A stretch of 64,000 nucleotides of DNA, taken from Bacteroidia bacterium. GTDB taxonomy: Bacteria; Bacteroidota; Bacteroidia; M30B66. Numbering within the stretch: the first letter of the stretch is position 1; each line of letters begins with the position of its first letter. Location: positions 2,752,001 to 2,816,000 of the forward strand of contig OZ257142.1 in assembly GCA_965279035.1 (NCBI GenBank). Reading direction: 5' to 3'. The notes under the pieces were generated by a model. That model saw only the letters and a list, made by a program, of their open reading frames with translations. It had not been told where the DNA came from and did no database searches. The position numbers and the translations under genes are program-made. Positions 9,435-19,126 of the stretch are shown here, in pieces.

Positions 9435-10070
9435 ATGAAGCAAATTTCTCTACCCTTTATATTTATCCTTTTGAGTTTGCATTTTGCGTATGCTCAATCG
9501 CCTAATCGTAAAGTGATTCAATTTTCGGGTGTTGTGGTGAGTGGCGATAGTTTACAGCCAGTGCCATATACCAACATTTCTGATAAATCAACCCATAGAG
9601 GAACCGTGAGCGACTACTATGGATTTTTCTCCTTCGTAGCCCAAGAAAACGATACGATTGAATTTAGCAGTATTGGGTTTAGAAAGGCACAATACATTAT
9701 TCCAAAGAATTTGGATGAATCGAAATATTCCATTATCCAAGTTTTAAATCGCGATACTATCGAATTGGCTACTACCGTTATCTATGCTTGGCCCACACGT
9801 GAGCAGATTTATGAATATTTTTTAAGTGCCCCAATTCCGGATGATGATGTGGAGCGTGCCCGTAAAAATTTAGCTCAAGAAAAAATCAACGACATGGCTA
9901 TCAATATGCCGATGGATGCTAATATGAATTTTAGAAATTCGATGCAGAATTACAATACGCGACTTTATACAGCTGGACAAATTCCTATGAATAATTTACT
10001 CAATCCAATCGCTTGGGCAAAGTTTGTAGATGCCTGGAAAAAAGGTGATTTTAAACGTAAAAGCAATTAA
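9435..10070 (+). CDS. Carboxypeptidase-like regulatory domain protein (secreted)
   Basis: Signal peptide; FSGVVV...GTVSDYYGFFS...FSSIGF; conserved LLNPIAWAKF tail. Confidence 0.8.
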   Translation: MKQISLPFIFILLSLHFAYAQSPNRKVIQFSGVVVSGDSLQPVPYTNISDKSTHRGTVSDYYGFFSFVAQENDTIEFSSIGFRKAQYIIPKNLDESKYSIIQVLNRDTIELATTVIYAWPTREQIYEYFLSAPIPDDDVERARKNLAQEKINDMAINMPMDANMNFRNSMQNYNTRLYTAGQIPMNNLLNPIAWAKFVDAWKKGDFKRKSN

Positions 10071-10115
10071 TTTCTATTGGAGATTCTTTACGATATCCCC
10101 AAGCAATACATTCAA

Positions 10116-12632
10116 ATGCAGCGACTGCTTCTTTTATTTCTTCTCGTTGTTTCAAACGGAATTCTAGCTCAAAATGCAACAATTCTTGGTCGCGTTACTG
10201 GTGAACAAGGCAATCTACTAGCCGGTGTAATTGTATATCGCATTGGTGATTTGGGAAAAGCGGTAACAACCGATTCAGAAGGACGTTTTAAATTGAATGT
10301 TCCTGCTGATCAACAATTGTATATCGTGTATAAATTAACTGGATTTGAATCGGATACGATGGCGCTTCGATTAAAAGCGGGAGAACAAAAATTCATTGAT
10401 CGCTATTTAAGCATGAAAGTGCGCGATTTTTCGGAATTCGAAGTGATTGATAAAGGTGATCGACAAACAGGTTTGCAACGATTAGATCCATTGATTGTCA
10501 ATACGCTAACGGGACCAGGTGATGCCATTTCGATGACCTTGAAAACCTTACCGGGTGTTTATTCAAACAACGAATTAAGCTCTCAATATTCGGTGCGAGG
10601 TGGAAATTATGACGAGAACTTGGTGTATGTGAATGATGTAGAAATATATCGTCCATTTTTAGTTCGAGCAGGACAACAAGAAGGATTGAGTTTTGCGAAT
10701 CCATCGATGGTGGAGAGTTTGAAATTTTCGGCTGGAGGTTTTGAAGCGAAGTATGGGGATAAAATGTCATCCGTTTTAGATATCACCTATAAACGTCCTA
10801 AGAAATTTGGTGGCTCAGCATCGGCAAGTATATTAGGAGGAAATCTTCAACTCGAAGGTGCTACAAAAAATTATCGCCTTTCAGGAATGATCGGTGCTCG
10901 ATATAGAACTACACAATACTTGCTCAACAGCTTAGATGTTAAAGGACAGTATCGACCTTCGTTTACGGATATTCAAGGTTATGTTTTGTATAACATTACT
11001 GAAAAATGGGATATTGATTTTTTAGGAAATTATGCCGTAAATAATTATCGAGTTTTTCCTCAAGATCAAACCACCGAATTTGGAACAATCAATCAAGCAC
11101 TTCAATTAAAAGTGTATTTCGATGGAAAAGATCAAAGTCGCTTTGCTACGTCTATGGGGGCAATGACAAGTACTTGGCGACCAAATCGAAAATTAAAATT
11201 GAAGATTATTACGTCCATGTTTAATTCGTCTGAAACAGAAAAATCGGATGTAGCGGGTGAATATTATATCAACGAATTAGATCGAGATCTTGGAAGTAAA
11301 GATTTTGGTGATGTAGCCTTTAATCGTGGAATTGGAGCATATCAAACCTTTATTCGAAATGATTTGCATTATACCGTAATGAATATCGAACACAAAGGAT
11401 ATTTCGAGTCTGGTAAACACTATATATTATGGGGAGCGCGTGCTCAAAATGAACAAATTACCGATCATTTAAAAGAATGGAGAATGATTGATTCTGCTGG
11501 TTATTCGATGCCAGTGAGTCAATCAATTGATGATTTGTATGGTCCCGATTCCATTACCTTAAACTCATACACTAAAAGTTCTGCAACGCTTAATTCTATG
11601 CGTTATCAAGGATATTTTCAAGACAATTATAAGTGGAGAAAAGATTCTATTGATTTTGCAATAACTGGAGGAATTCGTGCAAATCATTGGACAATAAACG
11701 GACAAACGATTGTAAGTCCACGTGTAGTATTTTCCTTTAGTCCATTAAGTTGGAAACGCGATATTACATTTCGCATGGCTGCAGGGCATTATGCACAACC
11801 CCCATTTTACAGAGAAATGCGCGGCTTTGATGGATCGCTTAATCGGAATTTAAAAGCACAAGAAAGCTGGCACTTTATCACCGGTGCTGATTTTACGTTT
11901 AAAGCGTGGGGACGACCATTTGGGTTTTATGCTGAAGGATATTATAAGATTCTTCGAAATTTGGTTCCTTATGAGATTGATAATGTGCGTGTGCGTTATT
12001 ATGCCGATAATATTAGTGATGGTTATGCTACTGGAATTGATATGAAAGTGAATGGTGAATTTGTGAAAGGTGTGCAAAGTTGGGCGAGTATGAGTATTAT
12101 GAAAACGCAGGAAAATTTGCGGAATGATTTCTATTACAATCGTTTTAATAGTGATGGAGAGAAAATTATTCCTGGATATACCGCCAATAATGTTGCTGTT
12201 GATTCTCAACGAGTAGAACCAGGATACATTCCCCGTCCAACCGATCAGCGTTTTAATTTTAGCTTGTTCTTTCAAGATTATCTACCCAAAAATGAAAGTA
12301 TTTCGATGCAAATTACATTGGTTTTTGGATCACGATTACCACTTGGACCACCCGATTTTAATCGTTACCGCGATACGTTAAGAATTCCTCCTTATCGTCG
12401 TGTTGATATAGGATTTGCAAAACAATTTATTCGTGCGGGAAAACCACTTCCGAAGTCATCTCCCTTTCATAATTTAAAAACACTGACACTTAGTTTGGAA
12501 GTTTTTAATTTATTGGGGGTAAATAATACGGTTTCGTATATCTGGATAAAAGATGTCACCAATCGCACGTATGCTATACCGAATTATCTCACCAATCGAC
12601 TATTAAATCTACGATTGCAGGCTAGTTTTTAA
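10116..12632 (+). CDS. TonB-dependent receptor-like outer-membrane protein
   Basis: N-terminal carboxypeptidase-like domain, plug LPGV...YSVRGG...ENLVYVND, AGGFEAKYGDKMSSVLDI, C-terminal Phe. Start moved to ATG 10116. Confidence 0.88.
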   Translation: MQRLLLLFLLVVSNGILAQNATILGRVTGEQGNLLAGVIVYRIGDLGKAVTTDSEGRFKLNVPADQQLYIVYKLTGFESDTMALRLKAGEQKFIDRYLSMKVRDFSEFEVIDKGDRQTGLQRLDPLIVNTLTGPGDAISMTLKTLPGVYSNNELSSQYSVRGGNYDENLVYVNDVEIYRPFLVRAGQQEGLSFANPSMVESLKFSAGGFEAKYGDKMSSVLDITYKRPKKFGGSASASILGGNLQLEGATKNYRLSGMIGARYRTTQYLLNSLDVKGQYRPSFTDIQGYVLYNITEKWDIDFLGNYAVNNYRVFPQDQTTEFGTINQALQLKVYFDGKDQSRFATSMGAMTSTWRPNRKLKLKIITSMFNSSETEKSDVAGEYYINELDRDLGSKDFGDVAFNRGIGAYQTFIRNDLHYTVMNIEHKGYFESGKHYILWGARAQNEQITDHLKEWRMIDSAGYSMPVSQSIDDLYGPDSITLNSYTKSSATLNSMRYQGYFQDNYKWRKDSIDFAITGGIRANHWTINGQTIVSPRVVFSFSPLSWKRDITFRMAAGHYAQPPFYREMRGFDGSLNRNLKAQESWHFITGADFTFKAWGRPFGFYAEGYYKILRNLVPYEIDNVRVRYYADNISDGYATGIDMKVNGEFVKGVQSWASMSIMKTQENLRNDFYYNRFNSDGEKIIPGYTANNVAVDSQRVEPGYIPRPTDQRFNFSLFFQDYLPKNESISMQITLVFGSRLPLGPPDFNRYRDTLRIPPYRRVDIGFAKQFIRAGKPLPKSSPFHNLKTLTLSLEVFNLLGVNNTVSYIWIKDVTNRTYAIPNYLTNRLLNLRLQASF

Positions 12633-12658
12633 AACAATTTAAGCTGATAAAAACGCAT

Positions 12659-14251
12659 GTGAAAAACGTTCTTTTCCATACCAATAAATTAAAATCAGCA
12701 TTCCTAATTTTTTGGTTGATTGTTTTAATTGTATGGGTAAAAGCAGTCGTGTTTTTTCAGTTCTCAATAAAATACACCGATTGCGATCAAGCTGTTCTGT
12801 GGCAGACTTTGCATGATATTTCGAAGGGAAATTTTTATCAACCCTGCTTTTATGGACAAGCCTATAATTCGGCACTTGAAAGCTATTTAGCATGCCCATT
12901 TTATGCATTGGGAATGAAGGAATATTATGCACTTCCACTCATTTCTATATGTATTTCATTATTACCTTATTTAATTCTAAGTCTTTTATTTATTCGAAAA
13001 AAAGATTGGTGGGCAGCAATTTTCACCTTATTACTTTACTTGTGGTTGCCTCCTTTTTATGATTTATTTACCGCTTTACCTCGGGGATTTGTAACTGGAT
13101 TATTTGCTTGTTCTTTTTTACTTCCAGCTTGGTTTTTTCCTGAAAACAAAAAAGCGCTTTTATTGGCATTTTTCACTTTACCGTTTGCCTTTTGGCTCAA
13201 TTACAACACCGTTATTTTCCTTGTTCCTTTTCTAGTTAAATTGGCAATAGCACATTACAAGAAACCCATTTCATTTTTTGTATTCAGCTTTATTCTTACT
13301 GTTCCCGGCATCCTATGGATAGTATTTACACGAAACTTTTATTTAACTCATCCACATTATCTAGTTCATTCGATAGAAATAAGCAAGTTTAAATGGAAAT
13401 ACATTCTTGAATTTTGGACGAATTGGAACAATTGGTTAGGCTATTTAACGCCTGGTTTGTGGAAATTCTCACAGATGGTTTTCATCTTTTTACTCATTCC
13501 ACTGGTCACGTTTTTTCGCAATAAAAATTGGGAAATGCTCCTGATTTATTTATCGTTTCTATTCATTTTAGTTTTTTCTACTGGATTTGAGAAAATAAAA
13601 GACGGTGTTTCGAGTGATATTTTCTTTCCATTATCACGCATGTTTATCTGCTTTTCCCTTGTATTGATTTTGTTTTTAGCAACCATTTTTTCGAAATGGA
13701 TTCAACGTTTTCAATATAGCTGGTTAAGTATACTCATAGTTGTTTTATTGAGCTCGATGATTTCAATTCAAAAACACAATGAATTAGCCATTCGTAGTAA
13801 ATGGGAAACTATTAATAAAGAGGAAATTCGGGTACAGCAAATGCCTATTGAACATGTGTTTTATAAATGTAACGAGCTTCAAAAAATCTCCAATCACTAT
13901 AAACCCGATTTAATTGTTTTTGCTATAAACGAAACATACGAGTTTAATTACTTATTACTTTCCTATGCATGCCCGTGTTTGGTGAACGATTTACCCACAA
14001 CCATAATTAAATCGTACGATCGTCGTGGCCATTTAATTACGAAAATAAAACGTAATAAATTCCATCGGATCTTAGTGCTCAATAAACAGGAAACACTTGG
14101 CATACGAGTTTTATCAGATCCGAACCATTATCAGAAAATTAAAGCACGTGAAAACTTGTATTTCCTTTATGAATCGAAAGAAGGAATTACCTGGTTAGAC
14201 TTTAATTTCTCCATTTCAAACAAGCAAGAACGCATTCGATTCCGTCCTTAA
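12659..14251 (+). CDS. Polytopic membrane protein, probable GT-C fold (ArnT/PMT-like) glycosyltransferase
   Basis: About 11-12 TM helices; first loop DCDQA...FYGQAYNSALE typical of GT-C enzymes. Confidence 0.6.
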   Translation: MKNVLFHTNKLKSAFLIFWLIVLIVWVKAVVFFQFSIKYTDCDQAVLWQTLHDISKGNFYQPCFYGQAYNSALESYLACPFYALGMKEYYALPLISICISLLPYLILSLLFIRKKDWWAAIFTLLLYLWLPPFYDLFTALPRGFVTGLFACSFLLPAWFFPENKKALLLAFFTLPFAFWLNYNTVIFLVPFLVKLAIAHYKKPISFFVFSFILTVPGILWIVFTRNFYLTHPHYLVHSIEISKFKWKYILEFWTNWNNWLGYLTPGLWKFSQMVFIFLLIPLVTFFRNKNWEMLLIYLSFLFILVFSTGFEKIKDGVSSDIFFPLSRMFICFSLVLILFLATIFSKWIQRFQYSWLSILIVVLLSSMISIQKHNELAIRSKWETINKEEIRVQQMPIEHVFYKCNELQKISNHYKPDLIVFAINETYEFNYLLLSYACPCLVNDLPTTIIKSYDRRGHLITKIKRNKFHRILVLNKQETLGIRVLSDPNHYQKIKARENLYFLYESKEGITWLDFNFSISNKQERIRFRP

Positions 14252-14757
14252 TTTTTCAACTTATTGATGTGAGTCTGTATAGCTTCTTGATATTCTGCTC
14301 CGCGTTTTTCTGCAAAATAATCGGCTCCTAACATGAGTGCTGCTTGGAGGAGTAAACCGAATCCAATGCCTCTCATATAGGCCGATTGAAGAAAAATAAA
14401 TAACACGATTCCGATCAATAACAAGCTCATTTCAACGTATCGATAAATCACAAAATTTTTCATGACTGTTTCCATCCGAGGAATTTCTTGTTTTGATAAT
14501 TCTTGAGAATTAAAGGCAATTGCTTCCACTCGAAATCTGTCTTTGTGAGAACGGAAATACACACTCAAACCAACGGTTAATTGAATGAGTGCAACCAGTA
14601 AAAATGGCCAAGCTAATCCTGTTAAAAAAGGTGTTTTAAATTTAAACCAAGCAGCAAGAGCAATAGAAAAAGTAATTATACCAATAGCAATAAAGACAAG
14701 ACTTTCGAGCTGTTCGGCTTTGAAATAACGGGCGATAAATGAGATATCTGTCTTCAT
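14248..14757 (-). CDS. Four-TM hypothetical membrane protein, co-transcribed with the SDR
   Basis: Hydrophobic helices; EIPRM...FVIYRYVE...DYFAEKRG pattern; ATG 14757 directly follows the SDR stop. Confidence 0.7.
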   Translation of the reverse strand: MKTDISFIARYFKAEQLESLVFIAIGIITFSIALAAWFKFKTPFLTGLAWPFLLVALIQLTVGLSVYFRSHKDRFRVEAIAFNSQELSKQEIPRMETVMKNFVIYRYVEMSLLLIGIVLFIFLQSAYMRGIGFGLLLQAALMLGADYFAEKRGAEYQEAIQTHINKLKN

Positions 14758-14758
14758 A

Positions 14759-15574
14759 TTAGATTCCATAACTCGATTTAACAAGAAATTTAAACCAACT
14801 ATCAGGCATCCATTTTCGTAACCAAAGCAACATGGGAGCAGGATTTCCAGCTGCGTAGCGTAAACGATTTCCTCTATCGGTAGCTGCTCGAAATATGACT
14901 TTAGCTACTGAGATTGCAGATGTTCCTGTATTACCAGCATTGCTAGATGTCTTTTCACATTTAGTTACAAATGCATCGTATTGGTTTGTAGTTTCGGGTT
15001 TGACAAACACGCGATTTCGAGTATAAAAATCAGTTTTTATTACTCCCGGTTCAATTATGCGGACTTTAATTCCTAAAGGTTCAAGTTCATAACGCAAACT
15101 TTCCGAAAAACCTTCTACCGCCCATTTGGTGCCATGATAGATGGAAAATAAAGGAAAGGCAATGCGACCACCCATAGAAGCAATTTGAATAATAGTTCCT
15201 GATTTTTGAGCACGAAAAACTGGAATTATCGCGCGAGTCATTCGCATTAAACCAAACACATTCGTATCGAATTGCTTTTCAAAAACAGCATCGTTCATGG
15301 CTTCAAATACACCATCAACGGCATATCCGGCATTGTTGACTAATACATCAATTCGTCCGAAATCTTTTTGAATTTGACTTAATGCTGAATCGATACTAGC
15401 TGTTTCGGTTACATCGAGTACATAGGTTTTTATACCTGAAATAGAACTTAATTCAGGATATTTTTCCGGATTACGCATGGTGGCTGCTACATTCCATCCT
15501 TGTGAAGCAAAATATTCGGCTGCTGCTCTTCCTATTCCGGTGGAAGCTCCGGTAATGATGACTGTTTGGTTCAT
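14759..15574 (-). CDS. Short-chain dehydrogenase/reductase
   Basis: TGASTGIG, NNAG and YHGTK motifs; start moved to ATG 15574. Confidence 0.92.
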   Translation of the reverse strand: MNQTVIITGASTGIGRAAAEYFASQGWNVAATMRNPEKYPELSSISGIKTYVLDVTETASIDSALSQIQKDFGRIDVLVNNAGYAVDGVFEAMNDAVFEKQFDTNVFGLMRMTRAIIPVFRAQKSGTIIQIASMGGRIAFPLFSIYHGTKWAVEGFSESLRYELEPLGIKVRIIEPGVIKTDFYTRNRVFVKPETTNQYDAFVTKCEKTSSNAGNTGTSAISVAKVIFRAATDRGNRLRYAAGNPAPMLLWLRKWMPDSWFKFLVKSSYGI

Positions 15575-15580
15575 TTTAGT

Positions 15581-15594
15581 TGAATATCTATTCA
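15581..15594. promoter_or_regulatory. Putative TetR operator TGAATA-TC-TATTCA
   Basis: Palindrome 6 nt upstream of the SDR ATG; second copy at 16214-16227. Confidence 0.75.
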
Positions 15595-15612
15595 TTTATT
15601 TGTCAAAAAAAT

Positions 15613-16188
15613 TCAGCGTTTTACACTATCCCAAGCGAGCGAAAATGGTGCATCTAAATTGGAACGATCGAGTTGGATGATTCCGGCATAATGCCATTTA
15701 ACCAATTCGAGAATACTACCCGATAAATGGGCTAACATCAAACTAGTATCTAGTGGTTTAATGAGTTCTTCGGCTTGACCACGTAGCAACACATCATGTG
15801 CAGCTTGAAGCAAAAGATCGGCTTCGTTACGAACTTCGGGACGAAGAAAAGGAGAACGATAATATTGTTCTATAAATGCCGATTCCTCTGGATAATCGAG
15901 ACTCACCAATAAAAAATTCTCCCAAACCAAGCGGAAACTCATTTTGAAAGGACGATTCAAATCTTCGGGTTTGAGGTAATGTTTGGCTTGTTTCCGCTTT
16001 AAGTGTAGGTAAAGTGCGTTAATCAATTCCACTTTATCTTTAAAATAAACGTACAATGTACCAGTCGCTACTTGAGCTTCTTTCGCCACATCGGCCATCT
16101 TCAAACCACCAAAACCTTGCTGCTGCACCAATTTTAAGGTGGCTGCATGGATGCGTTCTATCTTCTGCTCGTCGCGTGGTTTTGCCAT
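15613..16188 (-). CDS. TetR/AcrR-family transcriptional regulator
   Basis: GFGGLKMADVAKEAQVATGTLYVYFKDK HTH; start moved to ATG 16188 downstream of a TATATTTG promoter. Confidence 0.93.
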   Translation of the reverse strand: MAKPRDEQKIERIHAATLKLVQQQGFGGLKMADVAKEAQVATGTLYVYFKDKVELINALYLHLKRKQAKHYLKPEDLNRPFKMSFRLVWENFLLVSLDYPEESAFIEQYYRSPFLRPEVRNEADLLLQAAHDVLLRGQAEELIKPLDTSLMLAHLSGSILELVKWHYAGIIQLDRSNLDAPFSLAWDSVKR

Positions 16189-16203
16189 GATTGTTTGAGT
16201 GCA

Positions 16204-16227
16204 CAAATATAAATGAATAAATATTCA
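16204..16227 (-). promoter_or_regulatory. tetR promoter -7 (TATATTTG, 16204-16211) with adjacent operator TGAATA-AA-TATTCA (16214-16227)
   Basis: Exact promoter consensus plus a palindrome matching 15581-15594. Confidence 0.72.
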
Positions 16228-16291
16228 CCAAACAATTTTTAAGAATTTAATTCTTCAAATAATTACTTTCGTTAAAGCCATTCAATACACG

Positions 16292-18043
16292 TTGATAAAA
16301 CATATTATATCTATTCTTAGCATATTGGCTCTCCTAGCCTATTTGAATCCACTCAATGCGCAATCGTGGCAATGGGGAAAACGATTGGGAAGCACTTACA
16401 TAACCGGCACACAATCGGATAATGAGATTATGAGCGACCTCACAAGCGATAATGCAGGAAATATCTATGTTGCAGGTTTAGTGCGGACTTCACAAACCAT
16501 TTCGGCCGATACACACACCATACCTGCTAGCTTCAGTTCGTTTTCAAATAACATTCAACTCAGCAGTTATCGCTGTGATGGTTCATTGCGTTGGTCAAAA
16601 ATTATTGGAACTCCAAATGGAGCTTATTCTAAGTCGGTTCAAACCGATACCATGGGTGGTGTGTATTTACTTGCAGCTATTTTTATGCAAGATGGTTTAA
16701 CAGGATTTGTAGGTAATGAGCCCGCCATTTCAGGAACCAATCGCTCCCTGTACATTATACGCATTGATAGTACAGGTGCATTAGATTGGTTGGCAACACC
16801 ACAATCGGATACCATTTCATTTAACAATGCCTTTAATAATACCTACCCCATCGACATGCATGTAACTCCTTCGGGAGAGGTTTCGGTGATGAGTTTACTT
16901 TCGCCCGGTGCTAATATTGGCGGACAATTAGTTACCACTCAACCCGACGTGTATATGTTGCGTTATTCTTCGCAAGGTGCTTTTATACATGCTGATAAAA
17001 TGCCTATTCATTGTCATAATAATTCGACATATCGCATGTCGATGCACATGACACGAAGTAATAATGGGAATTACATTGTGAGTGCATATAGTTTTTATAC
17101 CGATGTTGATTCGATGGTAGTTTCACAAACACCTATTGAACACTCATTTATTGCAAGCTACACATCCGATATTCAGTTGAATTGGCTTCATGAATTTGGT
17201 ATTCGTCCCGAACTGGATAATCTATTTTACAATCCCGTTTTTACAGGCAGACCGGTATGTGATGAAAACAATAACATTTTTGCTTCGGGAACTTGCAGTC
17301 ACAGCGATACATTGGCGGGACATGCATTCGTAAATACCATTACTCAAAACATTGCTAGTATGCCATTTTTGGTGAAGTTTAATCCGAATGGAAGTCTTAT
17401 TTGGACGCAAAATGCATCGGTTGAATATCCTGCAGTTGCATGGGGAATTGCGCTACATGCTGATACGGTTGCCGTTAGTGGTGTGTATCCAGGAACCCTT
17501 CGTTGGGAAAACAGTAATTTAAAATTGCAACAAATTGCCAATGAAGGAAGAGATCCATTTGTAGCTGTATTCAATGCAAATACAGGAATGCTCTTGAAAC
17601 TCGATAGTCTTTCGGGTGTGAGTGGTTTTGATGAAGATTCGCGTTTCTTAACCTGCGATCCGAATGGAAGTTTTTATTTAGGTGGAAATTTCGGCACCTA
17701 CTTAACAGTGGCAAATGATGGCTTGCAAGCTGCGGGAGACAACGATTATTATATTGCTAAATATGGAAATGACCATTGCGTTATTGTTCCACCGAATAGT
17801 ATAGAAACCCTTGACAATTCGACAATCAATATATTTCCAAATCCAAGTTCTGGATTGATAGAAATTCAATTATCGGAGCATGCTGAACAATTGGATGTGA
17901 TTGATATGAATGGACGATTGGTAAATCGAATAGCGCCAAATTCAGGATTAAAGTATCAGATAAATCTTCCTAATTCGGGTGTTTATTTGATTCGAATCAA
18001 TACAGGAAAATCACTTATTTGTAAACGTATAGTTCGTTTATAA
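16292..18043 (+). CDS. T9SS type A cargo with beta-propeller (SBBP-like) repeats
   Basis: Signal peptide, WQWGKRLG and DNAGNIYVAG repeats, CTD IFPNPSSG...GVYLIRI...KRIVRL; TTG start. Confidence 0.85.
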   Translation: MIKHIISILSILALLAYLNPLNAQSWQWGKRLGSTYITGTQSDNEIMSDLTSDNAGNIYVAGLVRTSQTISADTHTIPASFSSFSNNIQLSSYRCDGSLRWSKIIGTPNGAYSKSVQTDTMGGVYLLAAIFMQDGLTGFVGNEPAISGTNRSLYIIRIDSTGALDWLATPQSDTISFNNAFNNTYPIDMHVTPSGEVSVMSLLSPGANIGGQLVTTQPDVYMLRYSSQGAFIHADKMPIHCHNNSTYRMSMHMTRSNNGNYIVSAYSFYTDVDSMVVSQTPIEHSFIASYTSDIQLNWLHEFGIRPELDNLFYNPVFTGRPVCDENNNIFASGTCSHSDTLAGHAFVNTITQNIASMPFLVKFNPNGSLIWTQNASVEYPAVAWGIALHADTVAVSGVYPGTLRWENSNLKLQQIANEGRDPFVAVFNANTGMLLKLDSLSGVSGFDEDSRFLTCDPNGSFYLGGNFGTYLTVANDGLQAAGDNDYYIAKYGNDHCVIVPPNSIETLDNSTINIFPNPSSGLIEIQLSEHAEQLDVIDMNGRLVNRIAPNSGLKYQINLPNSGVYLIRINTGKSLICKRIVRL

Positions 18044-18052
18044 TCTGTATTT

Positions 18053-18167
18053 GCCTGAGGGATTGCAGCGGAAATCTTTTGTGAGGAACGAGCAAAAATT
18101 GCAGCGTAAAGCCCGACCTGCATGAACTTAACGAAGCATTGCTGAGTTGAGCGAATGAAGGGCAGGC
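18053..18167 (+). ncRNA. Flavo-1-like structured repeat/ncRNA, copy A (closest to my recollection of the canonical motif)
   Basis: GCCTGAGGGATTGCAGCGGAAATC...ATTGCAGCGTAAAGCCCGACC...GGGCAGGC; stems GCCTG/CAGGC and GGG/CCC. Confidence 0.7.
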
Positions 18168-18205
18168 CATTTAAAATATGAAATTCAATTTCCTATCTTG
18201 CTCCC

Positions 18206-19126
18206 ATGGCTCGATCGATTCTTTATTACTTACTTATTTGCTTTGGCGTTTGTTGGCTTGGCGCGGCACTCATTCATTTCCTTGATTTAGGATATGGTTC
18301 TATCGCCTCAACACTTATTGTTGCGTTCATTTGTATGCCCGCCCCTGCCCTCGCTGCTTGGTTGGTTCAAACACGCATTCTTAAACGTCCATTCTCGGAA
18401 CTCGGTTTGACTTGGAAACGAGCGAATCGCAATCAATTGTATTTAATTCCACTTTGGCTATTTCTATTGTTGATTTTCAATTTTGGATGGATTGCTTTGC
18501 TTGGAAATGCCTTTGGAATTGATGCTTTTGGAACTCTTGATTTTAGCATGGATGGCTTTCTTCTCAAATTGGAGGAAATGACACAGGGTAAAACCGATTT
18601 GAGCGAAATAAACTTCCCTCCTACCTATGTGATTTTTTTACTCGTGGCAATATCGGGTGTGGTGGCTGGAGCAACGGTGAATTTGCCTTTTACCTTGGGC
18701 GAAGAAATTGGCTGGCGTGGATTCCTCTTTAAACAACTCGAAAATCAATCTTGGTTGAAACGTAGCTTAATTACCGGAACCATTTGGGGTTTATGGCATG
18801 CACCGCTTATATTGATGGGACATAATTATCCCGATCATCCCTATTTAGGCATTTTGATGATGGTGTTTTTTTGTGTTTCACTTTCATTTCCGATGGATTG
18901 GATACGCCGTAAAACGGGCTCTATTCTAGGTCCCGGCGCATTGCATGGAATGATCAATGCTGCTGCTGGAGGAACATTTTTGTTTATTCAAGATGGAGAT
19001 ACGCTCATAGGATCGATTGCCGGATTTAGCGGTGGACTTGCCTGCTTAACGTTGTTTGGAGCTCAATATTTACTGACAAAAATCATAAAAGAAAAAGAAT
19101 CAATCGAAGTACATTTGCCCGAATGA
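18206..19126 (+). CDS. CPBP (Abi/CAAX protease-like) intramembrane metalloprotease
   Basis: GEEIGWRG, WGLWHAP and HGMIN motifs. Confidence 0.9.
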   Translation: MARSILYYLLICFGVCWLGAALIHFLDLGYGSIASTLIVAFICMPAPALAAWLVQTRILKRPFSELGLTWKRANRNQLYLIPLWLFLLLIFNFGWIALLGNAFGIDAFGTLDFSMDGFLLKLEEMTQGKTDLSEINFPPTYVIFLLVAISGVVAGATVNLPFTLGEEIGWRGFLFKQLENQSWLKRSLITGTIWGLWHAPLILMGHNYPDHPYLGILMMVFFCVSLSFPMDWIRRKTGSILGPGALHGMINAAAGGTFLFIQDGDTLIGSIAGFSGGLACLTLFGAQYLLTKIIKEKESIEVHLPE

